A stretch of 55,736 nucleotides of DNA from a virus (taxonomy: Duplodnaviria; Caudoviricetes): positions 1 through 55,736 of IMG/VR virus record IMGVR_UViG_3300045120_000268, one strand, 5' to 3'. The position numbers and the translations under genes are program-made. Positions 17,594 through 27,365 of the stretch are shown in pieces; within the stretch, counting starts at the first letter, position 1, and each line of letters starts with the position of its first letter. Below the pieces are notes generated by a model. The model made no database searches. It worked only from the letters and a program-made list of their open reading frames with translations, and was not told where the DNA came from.

Positions 17594-19648
17594 CGGGATC
17601 GGCGTCAAGTGGGTCGCTGGCCGCCGCATCCACATCAAGGCCACACGCGGCGCCGTGACCACCGAGGCGACGCTCACCGAAGCCGAAGCCGGCCAGCTCC
17701 TCCGCAAGCTGGACAAGGTGCTCCGGGGGACGCGGGGACCTGACGCTGGGCCCGCGCCGTGAACGCCGCCCTGACGTGGCTCGCCACGAAACCTGCGTGG
17801 GCGCTCCAGGTGGCGTGGTGGGCGCTCCTGGCCGGTGCCACCGCGTTCGTGTTCATCCGCATCGGCGAGATCCTCCGCGACGAAGACATGCCCCTCACAC
17901 CCGTGCCTGTCCGTGGCCCCACACGGGTGACGGCGCCGGAACGGGCCGTCCCGATGACCCTCGACCTCGGCCTTTACGGCCCCAACCTCGACGCCCTGGA
18001 GGCGAGTTCATGAGCACCGACGACAAGCCCGCCCAGTTCCACGCGGGGGACCGCATTGAACACAAACTCATGCCCGGTTTCACGATGACCGTCCAGCAGT
18101 TGCGGCCATGTGAGACGGATGGCGCCCGGCCTGAGCCGCATTGGGCGTACAGGATCACCGACCCGGAAGGCAACGACGACTGGCTGTGCGCCTACGACGT
18201 GCGGGCCGCGGAAGAAGGACTCACCTCATGAGCACCGACGAAACGGTCACCGAGAACCTGGCCGCCGTCCGCGACGGCCACACCGGCGAACTCGCCGTCA
18301 TCCCCCCCGAAGCCGATGACGCGTGGCTCGCCATGCTCCGCGACGACGGGCAGCCCCTCCCCGACATCGGCCTCGGCCTCGCGTCTTACCCCGACCAGGT
18401 CGTCGCCGCCCTCCACGGCGACCCGCGTGTGTTCGACCTCGACCCCCTCAACCAGGCGTGCATCGCCTCCGCGTCCCGCGCATTCGGGCTGTTCGCCCGC
18501 GCGATTGTCAACAACCACGATCCGGCGGCCACAGCCAAACGGGCCGCGGTGCTCCTCATGGCCGGCGCCGAGGAGGTCGGCACCCCGATGCGCTGCCCCT
18601 GCACCGGCTGCACCCGCGAAACCACCATCACCGACAGCGAGCCCCCCGGGTGGAAACTGTCCCGCGCCCACAGCGGGCCATGCGACCAGATCCACATGCC
18701 GCTCCAGATCGGCGGCCCCATCCAGTGGGACGTCGCCGGGCGGCAAGACATCATGTGCCCGCCGTGCTGGAAGGCGCAGCCGAAACATGTGGTCAAGCCG
18801 ACGGCGCCGGTGAAGGCGAAGGCGGCGGCGAACGGGACACGGCGGCGGCGGCCCAGCACGGCACGCAGCAAGGCCGTCAACGGCACATCCCCGGCACCCC
18901 CGGACGCCGCGTGATGGCCACCCGGATGCTCTGCTCAGGGACCGGCGGCCCACCCAGCCCATACCGGTTGCCGGTGACGTGCCCCGTGTGCCTGCGCCGG
19001 TGGGACGACCTGCCGCTGTCAACGGCGATCGTGCCGCGGCACTTCATCCAGGCCAAGCCATGACCCGCGACGAGGCCGCCGCCTACGGGCGGAGCGTCTG
19101 GTCGGAGATCCGCGCCAGCCGTATCGAGGACTACCTGTGGATCGGCGGCGACCGGATGAGCGCCAGCCAGGCGGCGCGGCGCATCGGTGTGTCGCAGCGG
19201 ACGGTCGTCCGGTACCGGGCGACGCTCCGCGCCCAGCGGGAGCAGGTGGCCGCGTGAACGTCCCGGCGGCGGTGAGTAGACAGCAGGCCAACACTCCCCC
19301 TGGATGGCCTGTCCCGCCGCCGGGACCCAAAGGCTGGCTCCGGCGCGCCATCTTCGGCCGCCAGGACCACATGTGCCAATGCGGCCACCCGCGCCTCGTC
19401 CACGTCCACCTCCGCTACGCCGAATGCCTGCGCTGCGGCTGCACCGCATTCATCCGAGGAAGGCAGCCATGACCTACCACTGGCGGCTAGCGACAGCCAG
19501 CCCCGACGACACACCCGAGTACGCGTGCATCTGCGGCCCGATGCAGAGCGACCCGGAGGCGATCGACGAGCGGCCTGACTGCCCAGCCCACGGCGTGAAC
19601 AGGCCCTACGACCCCACGGTGTCAGACATCGGGGAGGTGCCGTTCTGA
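17586..19648 (+). other. Run of coupled early hypothetical genes (17586-17762, 17759-18013 TM, 18010-18231, 18228-18914, 18914-19063, 19060-19257 HTH, 19254-19472, 19469-19648)
   Basis: Start/stop overlaps; HTH motif SASQAARRIGVSQRTVVRYR; CxxC motifs. Confidence 0.6.
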
Positions 19649-20505
19649 TGGTGACCACCGTCGCGTTCGAGGCCGGCGTCTACGACATGCCTGAAGACGT
19701 CTACCACGCCGACCCGGTACCCGGCGGGTCGCTGTCATCCAGCGGGGCGCGCAAACTCCTGCCGCCGTCCTGCCCGGCACGGTTCCGGTACGAGCAGGAC
19801 CACCCCGTGCATAAAGACGTGTTCGACTTCGGCACCGCCGCGCACAAGCTCGTCCTCGGCACGGGGAAGCCGCTCGCCGTCCTCGACGCCGAGGACTGGC
19901 GCAGCAAGGCCGCGCGGGAATGGCGCGAAGGTGTGCGCGCCGAGGGAAGCGTTCCGCTGCTGACCGCCGAGCACCAGCAGGTGCAGGACATGGCCGCTGC
20001 GATCCGGGCGCACCCCCTCGCGTCGGCGCTGCTGTGCCGCGGCGACGTGGCGACCGAGCAGTCGTACTTCTGGCCCGACCCGGAGTACGGCATCTGGCGG
20101 CGTGCCCGGCTCGACTCGTTCCGTCAGGGCGGCGGTAGCGGCCGCCTCATCATCACCGACTACAAGACCACCGCCAGCGCTGACCCCGCCAGCTTCGCCA
20201 AGTCGGTCGCGAACTTCGGCTACCACCAGCAGGCGATGTGGTACCTCGAAGCCGTTAAGGCGTGCCTTGACGCCTTCAACCCAGCCTTCCTGTTCGTCGC
20301 GCAGGAGAAGGCCGCGCCCTACCTGGTGACCGTCTGCGAGCTCGACTCGGCCGCGCTGAGGGCTGGCGCCGAGCTCAACCGGCGGGCGATGGAGGTCTAC
20401 CGGGACTGCACCGAGGCCGACGCGTGGCCCGGCTACCAGCCAGACAACGACATCGCGCTCATCACACTGCCCGCCTGGGCGCGGCCACGAGAGGAATACG
20501 CATGA
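19648..20505 (+). CDS. RecE/exonuclease VIII-like PD-(D/E)xK nuclease
   Basis: SLSSSGARKLL, FDFGTAAH, RARLD, DYKTT, YHQQAMWY, FVAQEK. Confidence 0.88.
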   Translation: MVTTVAFEAGVYDMPEDVYHADPVPGGSLSSSGARKLLPPSCPARFRYEQDHPVHKDVFDFGTAAHKLVLGTGKPLAVLDAEDWRSKAAREWREGVRAEGSVPLLTAEHQQVQDMAAAIRAHPLASALLCRGDVATEQSYFWPDPEYGIWRRARLDSFRQGGGSGRLIITDYKTTASADPASFAKSVANFGYHQQAMWYLEAVKACLDAFNPAFLFVAQEKAAPYLVTVCELDSAALRAGAELNRRAMEVYRDCTEADAWPGYQPDNDIALITLPAWARPREEYA

Positions 20506-21608
20506 CCGCAGTAGATTCCATCCGCCCCACCCATCCCGCACCGTCCCGGCTCGGGCAGGCCACCGCCGTCGAACAGTCCCGCGCCGTCGCCGAAGTCGAA
20601 GCCGCGATCGTCGTCGCCATGCGCCACCCGCGCAACGTCCCCGCCGCCATCGAGGCCATGCGGGAGACGTGCCGACGCAAGGAACTCGCCGACCGGGCGT
20701 TCTTCCGCTACAGCCGCGGCGGCTCGCCCGTCACCGGCGCCACCGTCCACCTCGCCCGCGAGCTCGCCCGCGTCTGGGGCAACATCCAGTACGGGCTGTC
20801 CGAGCTGCGCCGCGACGACGACTACGGCCAGTCCGAGATGCTCGCCTACGCGTGGGACGTCCAGACCAACGCCCGCTGCTCGTCGGTGATCATCAACCCG
20901 CACAAGGGCTACACCGGCGGTCGGGAGCTGACCGAGCTGCGGGACATCTACGAGAACAACGCCAACGTCGGCGCACGCCGCGTCCGCGAGGCGATCTTCG
21001 CCGTGCTGCCCGCCTGGTTCACCGAGGAAGCCAAGGACATCTGCGCGAAGACGATCGCCGACGGGGGCGGCGTGCCGCTGCCGCAGCGCATCGCCAACGC
21101 GATTGGCGTGTTCGGGAACCTCGGCATCACCGTCCCGCAGCTTGAGGCCAAGGTCGGTACCCCGTCGGCGAAGTGGACCGACCAGGACGTGGCGCACCTG
21201 CGGGTCATCCGGCAGTCGCTGCTGCGGGGTGAGATCAGCAAGGACGACGAGTTCCCCGCAGCGGCTGACCGCGTGACCGCGGACGAGATCACCGGCAACG
21301 GCCAGCAGCCAGCGCCGGAGTCCCGCCAGCGCCCGCAGCGTGCCGGGAAAGCCGCCGTCGGGAAGCTCACTGGCCTCCTGCAGGCGCTCGAGCTCGGCAC
21401 CGACGAGGACATCGCCGCGCTCCTCGAATGGCAGTGCGGCGAGCCGTATGCGGGCACCCGCTCACAGGTGCAGCTCGTCACCTCCTACCTCGAGGACCAC
21501 CTGGCCGCCTGCCAGGGCGACACCGCGGAGGCCGCATCGGCGATCTGGGCGCAGTACCGGGCCGTCACCGAGCAGGACGCAGCCGAGACGGGGGACGGCG
21601 ATGGCTGA
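20502..21608 (+). CDS. Putative single-strand annealing/recombination protein
   Basis: Coupled to the RecE-like gene; QSRAVAEVEAAIVVA, LARELARVWGNI, GARRVREAI. Confidence 0.6.
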   Translation: MTAVDSIRPTHPAPSRLGQATAVEQSRAVAEVEAAIVVAMRHPRNVPAAIEAMRETCRRKELADRAFFRYSRGGSPVTGATVHLARELARVWGNIQYGLSELRRDDDYGQSEMLAYAWDVQTNARCSSVIINPHKGYTGGRELTELRDIYENNANVGARRVREAIFAVLPAWFTEEAKDICAKTIADGGGVPLPQRIANAIGVFGNLGITVPQLEAKVGTPSAKWTDQDVAHLRVIRQSLLRGEISKDDEFPAAADRVTADEITGNGQQPAPESRQRPQRAGKAAVGKLTGLLQALELGTDEDIAALLEWQCGEPYAGTRSQVQLVTSYLEDHLAACQGDTAEAASAIWAQYRAVTEQDAAETGDGDG

Positions 21609-21762
21609 GCCTGCCCAGGTGCTGTCGTCAGCCTGCCGGGACCGCATGTGCGACGCCTGCACTGGCTACTCCGACGGCCACGCCACCTACCGCTGCACAC
21701 ACCGCTGCCACCCGGAGGACGGCGATGGCTGACCCCTAGACGCTGGCCCGGGCGTCTCTGAC

Positions 21763-21833
21763 GCATCCTGCTCGGCGTCCCGGGCCAGCCACCACATGAC
21801 CCGGTCCCGCCTGGGAAGTCAGGGACCGGGTCA
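21763..21833. terminator. GC-rich hairpin region upstream of rep
   Basis: TGACCCGGTCCC...GGGACCGGGTCA, with GCTGGCCCGGG...CCCGGGCCAGC just upstream. Confidence 0.4.
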
Positions 21834-21875
21834 CCACCCCACCTATCCGCCAGCCGAGGAGACGGGACAACGTGA

Positions 21876-22577
21876 GTGCCTTGGGTCCGGTTCGATGACC
21901 AGTACCCGCTCCACTACAAGGTGGCCGGGCTGAGCGACAAGACGTACCGCCTCGCCACCGAGGCGATCTTCTGGTGCGCCCGCAATCTCACTGATGGACA
22001 CATTTCTGCGCAAAACCTGCACCAGATCCGTCCCGCACTACGCTCCCCAGCAAGTCACGCGGCGGTACTGGTTTCGCAGCGCCTCTGGCACCCAGCGGGC
22101 GAAGGCTGCGACGCGGAGAAGTGCCCCGCGCCGGTCGCCGGTGACGGCTGGGTCATCCATGACTACTGGCAATACCAGCCAACCAAGACCCAGGTCGTCA
22201 AGGAACGCGAGGCCGCAGCGAGACGGCAGGCGAAGTTCAGAGCCGCCCATAACGCTGTTAGTAACGCCGTTACTACACCCGTGACTGATGGCGTTACACC
22301 CCCCGTGACTAACGCTTCCCCGACCCGTCCTTATATAGGTACAGGTCCGTTCCAAGGTGACCCCCCCGCGCGCGCGCGCGCGAGACCCACCCCAAATCCC
22401 AGCGGGCAAGTCAACCCCGGCGAGGGTGCCGCAGCACGCCACCCATCCGCCAGACCACTCGCTGCCGCACTTGAAGACGCAGGCGTCAACGGCAAGCCAG
22501 CGAGCGACGAGACCGTCAACGCAATCGTCGCCAGCATCCGCCACGCCATCACCCCGCCGCCCAAGGACCCGCCATGA
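21876..22577 (+). CDS. Replication initiator protein
   Basis: MPWVRFDD...KVAGLSD...WCARNLTDG...GWVIHDYWQYQP, followed by a repeat-rich linker. Confidence 0.75.
   Translation: MPWVRFDDQYPLHYKVAGLSDKTYRLATEAIFWCARNLTDGHISAQNLHQIRPALRSPASHAAVLVSQRLWHPAGEGCDAEKCPAPVAGDGWVIHDYWQYQPTKTQVVKEREAAARRQAKFRAAHNAVSNAVTTPVTDGVTPPVTNASPTRPYIGTGPFQGDPPARARARPTPNPSGQVNPGEGAAARHPSARPLAAALEDAGVNGKPASDETVNAIVASIRHAITPPPKDPP
22250..22316. repeat. Iteron-like repeats, candidate origin
   Basis: TAACGCTGTTA, TAACGCCGTTA, TGATGGCGTTA and CCCGTGACT x2 inside the rep linker. Confidence 0.55.
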
Positions 22578-22699
22578 CTGACGACGCGCGGTGCCCAATC
22601 TGCGTCTACCAGGCCAGCCCCAGCGGCTGGCGGCTCCGCCTCATCCACCCCCGATGCCCCCAACACGGCGGCCACCCCCACTGGAAAGTGACCACATGA
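22574..22699 (+). CDS. 41-aa Cys/His protein, paralog A
   Basis: Ends [15 protein letters not shown]; not in ORF track; coupled at both ends. Confidence 0.55.
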   Translation: MTDDARCPICVYQASPSGWRLRLIHPRCPQHGGHPHWKVTT

Positions 22700-23202
22700 C
22701 CCTCCGCACCGGCATCCCCTGCGCCGCCGCCTACCTGGCGACCATCGTCGGCGCGAACTGGGCCGTCCACCGCTTCGGCGTCGTCCCTGTCGGCTTCGGC
22801 TACCTCGCCCCCGCCGGCGTGTACTTCGTCTCTGCCGCGCTGGTGCTCCGGGACGCCGTCCAGTACACCCTCGGCAAGATCATCACCCTCGCTGTCATGG
22901 CCGCTGGCGTCGCGCTCTCAGCGCTCGTCGCCGGACCGCAGCTCGCCCTAGCATCCGGCGCAGCGTTCGCCGTCTCCGAAACCCTCGACTTCGCCCTGTT
23001 CACCTGGATAGCGCCCCGCTGGGCCCTCGCCGTCGCCGTGGGCGGCTTCGTGGGCCTCGTCGCCGACTCGATCGTGTTCCTGACGCTGGCGTTCGGGTCC
23101 CTGGAGTTCCTGCCTGGGCAGATCCTCGGCAAGTCCTACGGCGTGATCGTGGCGTCGCTGGTGATCGCATGGCGCAGACGCAGGAGGGTGGCGACCGCGT
23201 GA
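22696..23202 (+). CDS. yhhQ: VUT/YhhQ-family preQ0/preQ1 transporter
   Basis: TIVGANW...APAGVY...LVLRDAVQ...[17 protein letters not shown]...[11 protein letters not shown]...GQILGK. Confidence 0.8.
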   Translation: MTLRTGIPCAAAYLATIVGANWAVHRFGVVPVGFGYLAPAGVYFVSAALVLRDAVQYTLGKIITLAVMAAGVALSALVAGPQLALASGAAFAVSETLDFALFTWIAPRWALAVAVGGFVGLVADSIVFLTLAFGSLEFLPGQILGKSYGVIVASLVIAWRRRRRVATA

Positions 23203-23438
23203 CTGACTTGATCACATTCCTGCTCGCCCGGCTAGACGAGGACGAGGACGCGGCACATATGGCAGAAGCCGTACGCGCCATCCTGACTGAATACGCGCCA
23301 GTCGCCCGCAACGATGACGGCTCCCATGAGCCTGAGTACGCCTATGGATGGGCCGATGCCCTGGGGATGGCTGTGCGCGCCCTCGCCGCCTCCTACCGGG
23401 ACCACCCGGACTACGACCCGGCGTGGGACCCAGCGTGA
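23199..23438 (+). CDS. DUF6221-like protein (second paralog)
   Basis: [10 protein letters not shown]...[15 protein letters not shown]. Confidence 0.7.
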   Translation: MTDLITFLLARLDEDEDAAHMAEAVRAILTEYAPVARNDDGSHEPEYAYGWADALGMAVRALAASYRDHPDYDPAWDPA

Positions 23439-24226
23439 TGAAGTTCTACCTCGGCACCCACGAAACCAGCTGGCTCGCCCGGGTGGACTTCCCGCTGTTC
23501 GTCTCCCACATGCGCCTCCGCCAGCGCAAGACGCTGCCCCGCGCCCGCCACCCGTGGGCGCTCGACTCCGGCGGGTTCACCCAGCTCGCCCAGCACGGCA
23601 GCTGGACATTCACCCCCCGCCAGTACGTGACCGCGGTCCGCCGCTACGCAGACGAGATCGGCAGCCTGGAGTTCGCCGCACCGATGGACTGGATGTGTGA
23701 GCCGTTCATGACCGCCCGCACCGGCCTACCCGTCCACGAACATCAGCGCCGCACCACCGCGAACTACCTGGAACTGCGCCACATCGCCGGCGACCTGCCG
23801 TGGATCCCCGTCCTCCAAGGCTGGGAACCCGGCGACTACCTCCGCCACGCCCACGGCTACCTCCGCCACGGCATCGACCTCGCTGGCCTCCCACGTGTCG
23901 GCATCGGCTCCGTGTGCCGACGGCAGGACACCGCGCTAGGAGACTGGATCATCCGCTCCCTGGCACCCATCCGGCTCCACGGCTTCGGCATCAAAACCGG
24001 TGGCCTGCTCCGCTCCGGCCACCGGCTCACCTCCGCCGACTCGATGGCCTGGTCCTACAACGCCCGAAGGCACCCACCGCTAGACGGCTGCACCCACGGC
24101 AGCTGCGCCAACTGCCCACTGTGGGCAGCCCGCTGGCGCAGGAAAGTCCTGGCCAAATTCGCCGCCACCGAGGCAGCGGGACGGCAAGGCGACCTGTTCG
24201 ACCCCGACGAGGCGTGGGCGTCATGA
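23438..24226 (+). CDS. dpdA: DpdA-like 7-deazaguanine DNA transglycosylase (TGT superfamily)
   Basis: WALDSGGF, APMDWMCEP, IPVLQG, VGIGSVCRR, LHGFGIK, SADSMAWS, C-terminal CTHGSCANC. Confidence 0.8.
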   Translation: MKFYLGTHETSWLARVDFPLFVSHMRLRQRKTLPRARHPWALDSGGFTQLAQHGSWTFTPRQYVTAVRRYADEIGSLEFAAPMDWMCEPFMTARTGLPVHEHQRRTTANYLELRHIAGDLPWIPVLQGWEPGDYLRHAHGYLRHGIDLAGLPRVGIGSVCRRQDTALGDWIIRSLAPIRLHGFGIKTGGLLRSGHRLTSADSMAWSYNARRHPPLDGCTHGSCANCPLWAARWRRKVLAKFAATEAAGRQGDLFDPDEAWAS

Positions 24227-24441
24227 TCAAGTCGCATCACGTCATCCACTGCGACTACCACGCCGGCTGCCCCGAAACCGTCAGCGGCGACGGGGGGTCT
24301 CTGGACACCATCGCCCGCGCACGCACAGCCGGGTGGGTGTGTTTCATGGGCGAGCATTACTGCCCACATCACAACGCAGGTCCACTCTGCGATCAGTGCG
24401 GCCTGCTCACGTGCGTCTGCATCCCGGAGCCCCAGCCGTGA
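24223..24441 (+). CDS. Cys-rich small protein
   Basis: CD...C...ARTAGW...HYCPHH. Confidence 0.6.
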   Translation: MIKSHHVIHCDYHAGCPETVSGDGGSLDTIARARTAGWVCFMGEHYCPHHNAGPLCDQCGLLTCVCIPEPQP

Positions 24442-24557
24442 GGTGGCGGTGTATCTGCATCACCCCGGTCGACCCGGCCCACCCGGTCAAACGCATCACC
24501 CACTGGCGCTGCCCCCAGCACACCAACGACACCGGCCACTGGAAGGTGACCACATGA
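24438..24557 (+). CDS. Small Cys/His protein, paralog B
   Basis: Ends RCPQHTNDTGHWKVTT. Confidence 0.55.
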   Translation: MRWRCICITPVDPAHPVKRITHWRCPQHTNDTGHWKVTT

Positions 24558-24856
24558 CCATCCCCGACGAGATCATCCTCGCTGGCCTCACCGCAGGCAC
24601 CAGCTACCTGGCGGAGGCCGGTGAGGCGTGGGACGCGGGGGAACTTACCCGGGTCACCCTCGAGGCCGCCGCGCCGCACATCGCCGCCGCCGAACGCGAG
24701 CGCATCCGCCACGCCATCTCGGCCCTCGCCGACGAGATCGACCGCACGATCGTCGGCGGACTCACCGCCGACGATCGCCTCGTCGCCACCGAAACCCTGC
24801 GCGAACTCGCCAGCGAGGGCCGCCTGCAACAACTCACCGAAGGGACCACCACATGA
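24554..24856 (+). CDS. Hypothetical protein
   Basis: LEAAAPHIAAAERERIR...EGTTT. Confidence 0.65.
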   Translation: MTIPDEIILAGLTAGTSYLAEAGEAWDAGELTRVTLEAAAPHIAAAERERIRHAISALADEIDRTIVGGLTADDRLVATETLRELASEGRLQQLTEGTTT

Positions 24857-25557
24857 CCCTCCGCATGCTCGACTCGATCACCCCCGCCAACCTCCCGGTC
24901 GGCGCCGACGCATACCTCACCTACGTCGACGGCAAATGGCCCACCCACAGCGCCGTCAAAACCCGCTTCCCCCACGCCCACATCCTCTCCCTCGCCGTCT
25001 TCACCGCCGACAACGCCGACGGCTGCGACGTCGAACCCGGCGACTTCCTGCCATGGCAGGTCGGCCCGTGGGTGAAACGGCAACTCGCCCGCGGCGCCTG
25101 GCGCCCAGTGGTGTACGCGTCCGCATCGCTGATGCCCGTCGTACTCGCGGACCTGCTCGTCGCCGGCCTGCACCGCCCGCAGGTGCGGCTCCTGTCCGCC
25201 CACTACGGCGCGGGCAAGCACATCTGCGGCCCCGCGACCTGCGCGTACCGCGGGGTCCCACCGTGCGACGGCACCCAGTGGACCGACGCGGCACTTGGCA
25301 CCGGCGATAACAAGATCGACGAGTCTGTCCTGCTGCCCGGGTTCTTCACCCCACCACCGCCGCCACCACCGCCCGTGGGCCCATACCGGCATCTGACGAA
25401 AGCGGGGGACACCCTCGACCACATCGCGCCGCAGCGGGCCACCACGGCCCGGCATCTGCTCACGGTGTCGGCTGGCGCGTACACGGACGCGGACCTGATC
25501 ATGCTCGCCGGGGCGAAACTCCCCGCTGGCCTGCCGTACTACACGACGAACCCATGA
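24853..25557 (+). CDS. Putative endolysin 1 (GH25-like muramidase plus LysM-like C-terminus)
   Basis: DVE (DxE), RPVVYAS, SAHY, QWTD, IDES; Pro linker; TKAGDTLDHIA. Confidence 0.7.
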   Translation: MTLRMLDSITPANLPVGADAYLTYVDGKWPTHSAVKTRFPHAHILSLAVFTADNADGCDVEPGDFLPWQVGPWVKRQLARGAWRPVVYASASLMPVVLADLLVAGLHRPQVRLLSAHYGAGKHICGPATCAYRGVPPCDGTQWTDAALGTGDNKIDESVLLPGFFTPPPPPPPPVGPYRHLTKAGDTLDHIAPQRATTARHLLTVSAGAYTDADLIMLAGAKLPAGLPYYTTNP

Positions 25558-25967
25558 CCGGCATCCCCAAAGCCGCCATCGACGCGACAGTCCTGACCGC
25601 TACAGATCGGGAAACGGTAGCGCTGCTTGGGCACGCACTAGCGACCGTCAGCGATGTTGCCCAGGCACTCGGCATTCGGCCTACGGCTGCCTACCAGCGA
25701 CTGGAACGGCTGCGCTCCCAGGGAATCGTTATCCGCCACGACCGGCCCGGAACAAGGGCCAACCTGTACGAGCTGCATGATCCCACCGGGCGTGCGGTGA
25801 GACTCACCGAGGCGATAACACCGGAGCTGCCCCCACTGGAAGCAAGGCAATTCGCGGCTACCGTGCTAGGTGCGCACCGCTGCGTCGCGTGCGGCAACCA
25901 GCACGCCGCCTGCTGCGGCCAATGCCCACACTGGCGACCATTGCCAGGCGAAGGGCGACGTGCATGA
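25554..25967 (+). CDS. wHTH DNA-binding protein with C-terminal Cys cluster
   Basis: TVSDVAQALGIRPTAAYQRLERLRSQGIV. Confidence 0.65.
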   Translation: MTGIPKAAIDATVLTATDRETVALLGHALATVSDVAQALGIRPTAAYQRLERLRSQGIVIRHDRPGTRANLYELHDPTGRAVRLTEAITPELPPLEARQFAATVLGAHRCVACGNQHAACCGQCPHWRPLPGEGRRA

Positions 25968-26446
25968 CCGAGATCCCGCGAGCCCAAGCCGAGCGCATCG
26001 TCTCGGCGATCTTCGCCTGCCGCGCTGAGGACTGCCCGCAGCCGTTCGCGCTCTACCGCCACCAGGACGTCACCGGCGTCTCCGGTACCGGCACCGTCGC
26101 CCACGGCGTCCAGTTCGCTGACGGCCAGGTCGTCATCCGCTGGCTCGGCACCTCGCCGTCAACGGTCGTCTGGAACTCGCTGGGCGACGCGATGAGGGTC
26201 CACGGCCACGACGGCAAGACGCATGTGGTGTGGCTGGCGGCCGAGTTCAGCGAGATGGCGAAGGCCGAGGAGGGAGCGGCCGCCGCCGAACGCGAACGCA
26301 TCCGCCAGCTCGCCACGTCGGTCGCTGCCGAGTACGCGGACATCGACCCGTGCAAGTGCGGCCGGATCCACTGCCGGGGAGTCATCAAAGACGCTCATGC
26401 CCCGTTCGCCGACCTGCTCACCGACCCCGAAGGGACCACCACATGA
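25964..26446 (+). CDS. Conserved phage hypothetical protein
   Basis: RHQDVTGVSGTGTVAHGVQFADG...HGHDGKT; ends AAAERERIR...EGTTT. Confidence 0.7.
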   Translation: MTEIPRAQAERIVSAIFACRAEDCPQPFALYRHQDVTGVSGTGTVAHGVQFADGQVVIRWLGTSPSTVVWNSLGDAMRVHGHDGKTHVVWLAAEFSEMAKAEEGAAAAERERIRQLATSVAAEYADIDPCKCGRIHCRGVIKDAHAPFADLLTDPEGTTT

Positions 26447-27141
26447 CCCTCCGCATGCTCGACTCGATCACCCCCGCCAACCTCCCCACCGGCGCAGACG
26501 CCTACCTCGGCTACGTCGATGGCCGCTATGCCAACTACGCCGAAGTCAAAGCCCAGCACCCCAAAGCCCACATCCTGTCAATCGCCGTCTTCCCCCAGCA
26601 CGACGCCGACGCGTGCGACTGCGAGACCGGCGACCTCAACCCAGACCAGGTCCCCGCGTGGGTGCGGCGGCAGCTCACCCGCGGCGGCTGGCGCCCGGTG
26701 GTGTATGCGTCGGCGTCGGTGATGCCCGGTGTCCTCGCCCACTTGCACGCCGCCGGTATCGCCCGCGGCCAGGTCCGCACCTGGTCCGCGCACTACGGCG
26801 CCGGGAAGCACATCTGCGGCCCGAAGTCCTGCGGCTACCCGGGCGTCCCTGACTGCGACGGCACCCAATGGACCGACAACGCCAAAGGCACCGGCACCAG
26901 CAAGATCGACGAGTCCATCCTGCTGCCGGGGTTCTTCACCCCACCGAAACCACCGTCCGCCGGCCCCTACCGGCACCTGACTAAGGGCGGCGAGACGTGG
27001 GATGGCATCGCCGCCGCCAGGAACAGCACGTTCGAGCACATCGCCAAGGTGTCCGCTGGGGCGTACACCCCGGCTGATCTGGCGCTGCTGGGGCAAGCGC
27101 GGCTCGACGCCGACGTCCCCTACTACACGACGAACCCATGA
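26443..27141 (+). CDS. Putative endolysin 2 (paralog of 24853..25557)
   Basis: DCE, RPVVYAS, WSAHY, QWTD; same architecture. Confidence 0.7.
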   Translation: MTLRMLDSITPANLPTGADAYLGYVDGRYANYAEVKAQHPKAHILSIAVFPQHDADACDCETGDLNPDQVPAWVRRQLTRGGWRPVVYASASVMPGVLAHLHAAGIARGQVRTWSAHYGAGKHICGPKSCGYPGVPDCDGTQWTDNAKGTGTSKIDESILLPGFFTPPKPPSAGPYRHLTKGGETWDGIAAARNSTFEHIAKVSAGAYTPADLALLGQARLDADVPYYTTNP

Positions 27142-27365
27142 CCGCTGCACTGGACCCGTTCAGGCGCCGCCAAGTCCCCGACGTCGCAGGACGATTCCGG
27201 CGGGAACGCCAGCAGTACCAGCGCCAAGCCGACCGGATGTGGCTCGGTACCCTCGTCACCTTCAGCGACCACGAGCTACGGCTCCTAGACGACCTGGGCG
27301 TCCTGTCCCAGCACGACCGGGATCTGCTCCGCCAGGCTGGCCGCACCCCCCTGGAGGTCCTGTGA
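27138..27365 (+). CDS. Hypothetical protein
   Basis: Coupled 75-aa ORF. Confidence 0.55.
   Translation: MTAALDPFRRRQVPDVAGRFRRERQQYQRQADRMWLGTLVTFSDHELRLLDDLGVLSQHDRDLLRQAGRTPLEVL

Noticed and set aside
23438-24226. Canonical tRNA-guanine transglycosylase (tgt)
   Set aside because: Too short (~262 aa); motif pattern and phage replication context fit DpdA better
24853-27141. Lysin paralogs as a DGR or invertible shufflon
   Set aside because: Direct orientation, general divergence, and no RT or dedicated invertase
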